64,000 nucleotides of DNA, taken from positions 51,487 to 115,486 of IMG/VR virus record IMGVR_UViG_3300034104_005543; one strand, 5' to 3'. The notes beneath the pieces were generated by a model. The model did no database searches. It worked only from the letters and a program-made list of their open reading frames with translations, and was not told where the DNA came from. Numbering within the stretch: the stretch's first letter is position 1; the number at the start of each line of letters is the position of its first letter. Shown one piece after another: positions 63,042 to 64,000 of the stretch. Origin of the DNA: a virus. Its lineage: Duplodnaviria; Caudoviricetes. The position numbers were made by a program, and so were the translations under genes.

Positions 63042-63252
63042 AGGTTTGTTCGTAATATTCTGCACATCTATTTTCGTTTATCGGTACATCTTGACCACCA
63101 TCCCAATAAGCGTTCTCAATCTGCTCTCTGTTCATCTCTTTGCATATCGCATAAAGGAACATAACCGATTCCAACTTGTCTCCATCGTGTTCAAAATTGG
63201 ACTTAATCTTATCAAAGAAATAGTCCACTGCTGTTTGTTGTTTATTTTCCAT
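63019..63252 (-). CDS. Small protein of a KQTAV...EQI..AY...YYEQTYG paralog pair, copy 2
   Basis: Start at 63252 (MENKQQTAVD) aligns with the paralog's MANKQQTAL. Confidence 0.7.
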   Translation of the reverse strand: MENKQQTAVDYFFDKIKSNFEHDGDKLESVMFLYAICKEMNREQIENAYWDGGQDVPINENRCAEYYEQTYGTTTSR

Positions 63253-63270
63253 AGGTTTGTTCGTAATATT
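63036..63270 (-). repeat. Perfect 24-bp direct repeat at gene junctions
   Basis: ttccataggtttgttcgtaatatt at 63036-63059 and 63247-63270; also gtttgttgtttattt at 63233-63247 and 63471-63485. Confidence 0.9.
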
Positions 63271-63490
63271 GTTCAGATTCAATATATGGCACACCATTTA
63301 TTTTCCATTTAGGAACAAATTCATTCCCTTTTATAAAGGCTTGCTCAATATGCTCCCGTTCCATTTGCAATAATTCTTCTGCCTTATCAATGACTTCTGA
63401 AAAAGAAAGTATTTTGTTTGGATTTTCTTTAAGCATTTTATCACCCCATTTAATTAAGGTTTGTAGTGCGGTTTGTTGTTTATTTGCCAT
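63242..63490 (-). CDS. Small protein of the same paralog pair, copy 1
   Basis: MANKQQTAL...QMEREHIEQAF...EQYYEQTYGK. Confidence 0.7.
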   Translation of the reverse strand: MANKQQTALQTLIKWGDKMLKENPNKILSFSEVIDKAEELLQMEREHIEQAFIKGNEFVPKWKINGVPYIESEQYYEQTYGK

Positions 63491-63534
63491 AGTCCTGCTC
63501 AAATTGGTTCAAGTCCACCCGAAAGCCCCAGAAT

Positions 63535-63783
63535 TTAATTGGTTGTGGTGTCATATTTATCTCTGTATTGTTTATTTAATTGATACAATTCGTTTTGATT
63601 AGATAATAAAAATACTCCAAGCGGATGCCCGTAATATAAATTGCCATCGTATGAAATCCAATCGCCTGACATAAACGCATCGGGTTTCCTATTGTCATCT
63701 TGAACTTCTTTCCAAATATCAAACTTCTTTGCAAGTAATCTAACTTTGATAAAATGGGGGAGTAATCTAATTATCTTACTCAT
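63535..63783 (-). CDS. Hypothetical protein
   Basis: 82-aa ORF overlapping its neighbours. Confidence 0.55.
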   Translation of the reverse strand: MSKIIRLLPHFIKVRLLAKKFDIWKEVQDDNRKPDAFMSGDWISYDGNLYYGHPLGVFLLSNQNELYQLNKQYRDKYDTTTN

Positions 63784-63973
63784 ACACCCACCTCCCTTTC
63801 ACCGTTCCGTCTGGGTTTAATGCGGGTACAAATCCAGTCCAAACGCCTAATAAACTTTTTGTTGAGTCCATCTCCACCTCAATCGCAATCGGGTTGCGTT
63901 CAATCTGTGGCAACTTATACCCAGCCAACTCAGGGCAGGTAAAATCTGGTTCAATTTTAAATCGTTTTGTCAT
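63776..63973 (-). CDS. Hypothetical protein
   Basis: 65-aa ORF with an A-rich leader. Confidence 0.55.
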   Translation of the reverse strand: MTKRFKIEPDFTCPELAGYKLPQIERNPIAIEVEMDSTKSLLGVWTGFVPALNPDGTVKGRWVYE

Positions 63974-64000
63974 GTTTTGTTTAAGTTTAGTTTCTTAATA

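Noticed and set aside
36794-63602. Shadow ORFs in the right arm (e.g. 36794-37003, 39155-39541, 41796-42065, 53548-53796, 62983-63312)
   Set aside because: They overlap recognisable genes, a terminator or the intron core on the other strand and carry no motifs.
1-64000. Stop-codon reassignment (TAG or TGA), known in some crAss-like phages
   Set aside because: Genes up to 11 kb are intact in the standard code, and TAG/TGA serve as normal stops with tight gene packing.
1-64000. CRISPR array, diversity-generating retroelement, integrase, complete tRNA or rRNA genes
   Set aside because: No regularly spaced repeat-spacer array, reverse transcriptase or recombinase motifs, or complete cloverleaf seen by eye; a tRNA scan was not run.

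Overview
AT-rich segment of a crAss-like (Crassvirales-type, probably Bacteroidota-infecting) lytic phage genome, read with the standard genetic code. Positions 1-36804 (+) encode putative virion cargo/ejection proteins: small modular proteins punctuated by recurring x-x-x-GG linkers, an inserted HNH gene, and four giant proteins (2422, 3725, 730 and 1991 aa), including a two-barrel virion RNA polymerase (DFDVD motif). Positions 36850-64000 (mostly -) carry nucleotide metabolism, replication and recombination genes: nucleotidyltransferase, MazG-like, dCTP deaminase, family B DNA polymerase, exonuclease, MoxR ATPase/VWA pair, RuvC, primase, SSB-like, AAA ATPase, DnaB-like and SF2 helicases, UDG, glycosyltransferase and ThyX. 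The polymerase is split by a group I intron (40989-42092) encoding a GIY-YIG endonuclease. An inverted membrane-protein (lysis-like) cassette and a displaced structural-like cassette interrupt this arm. Most striking observation: by my reading the four giant proteins contain only 6 cysteines in 8868 residues, all at termini and exactly in the pattern expected for head-to-tail linking in gene order. They also carry accessory enzyme modules (NADAR-like, DUF4326-like, nucleotidyltransferase, nuclease, zincin). All family assignments come from recognising motifs by eye; no database search was run.
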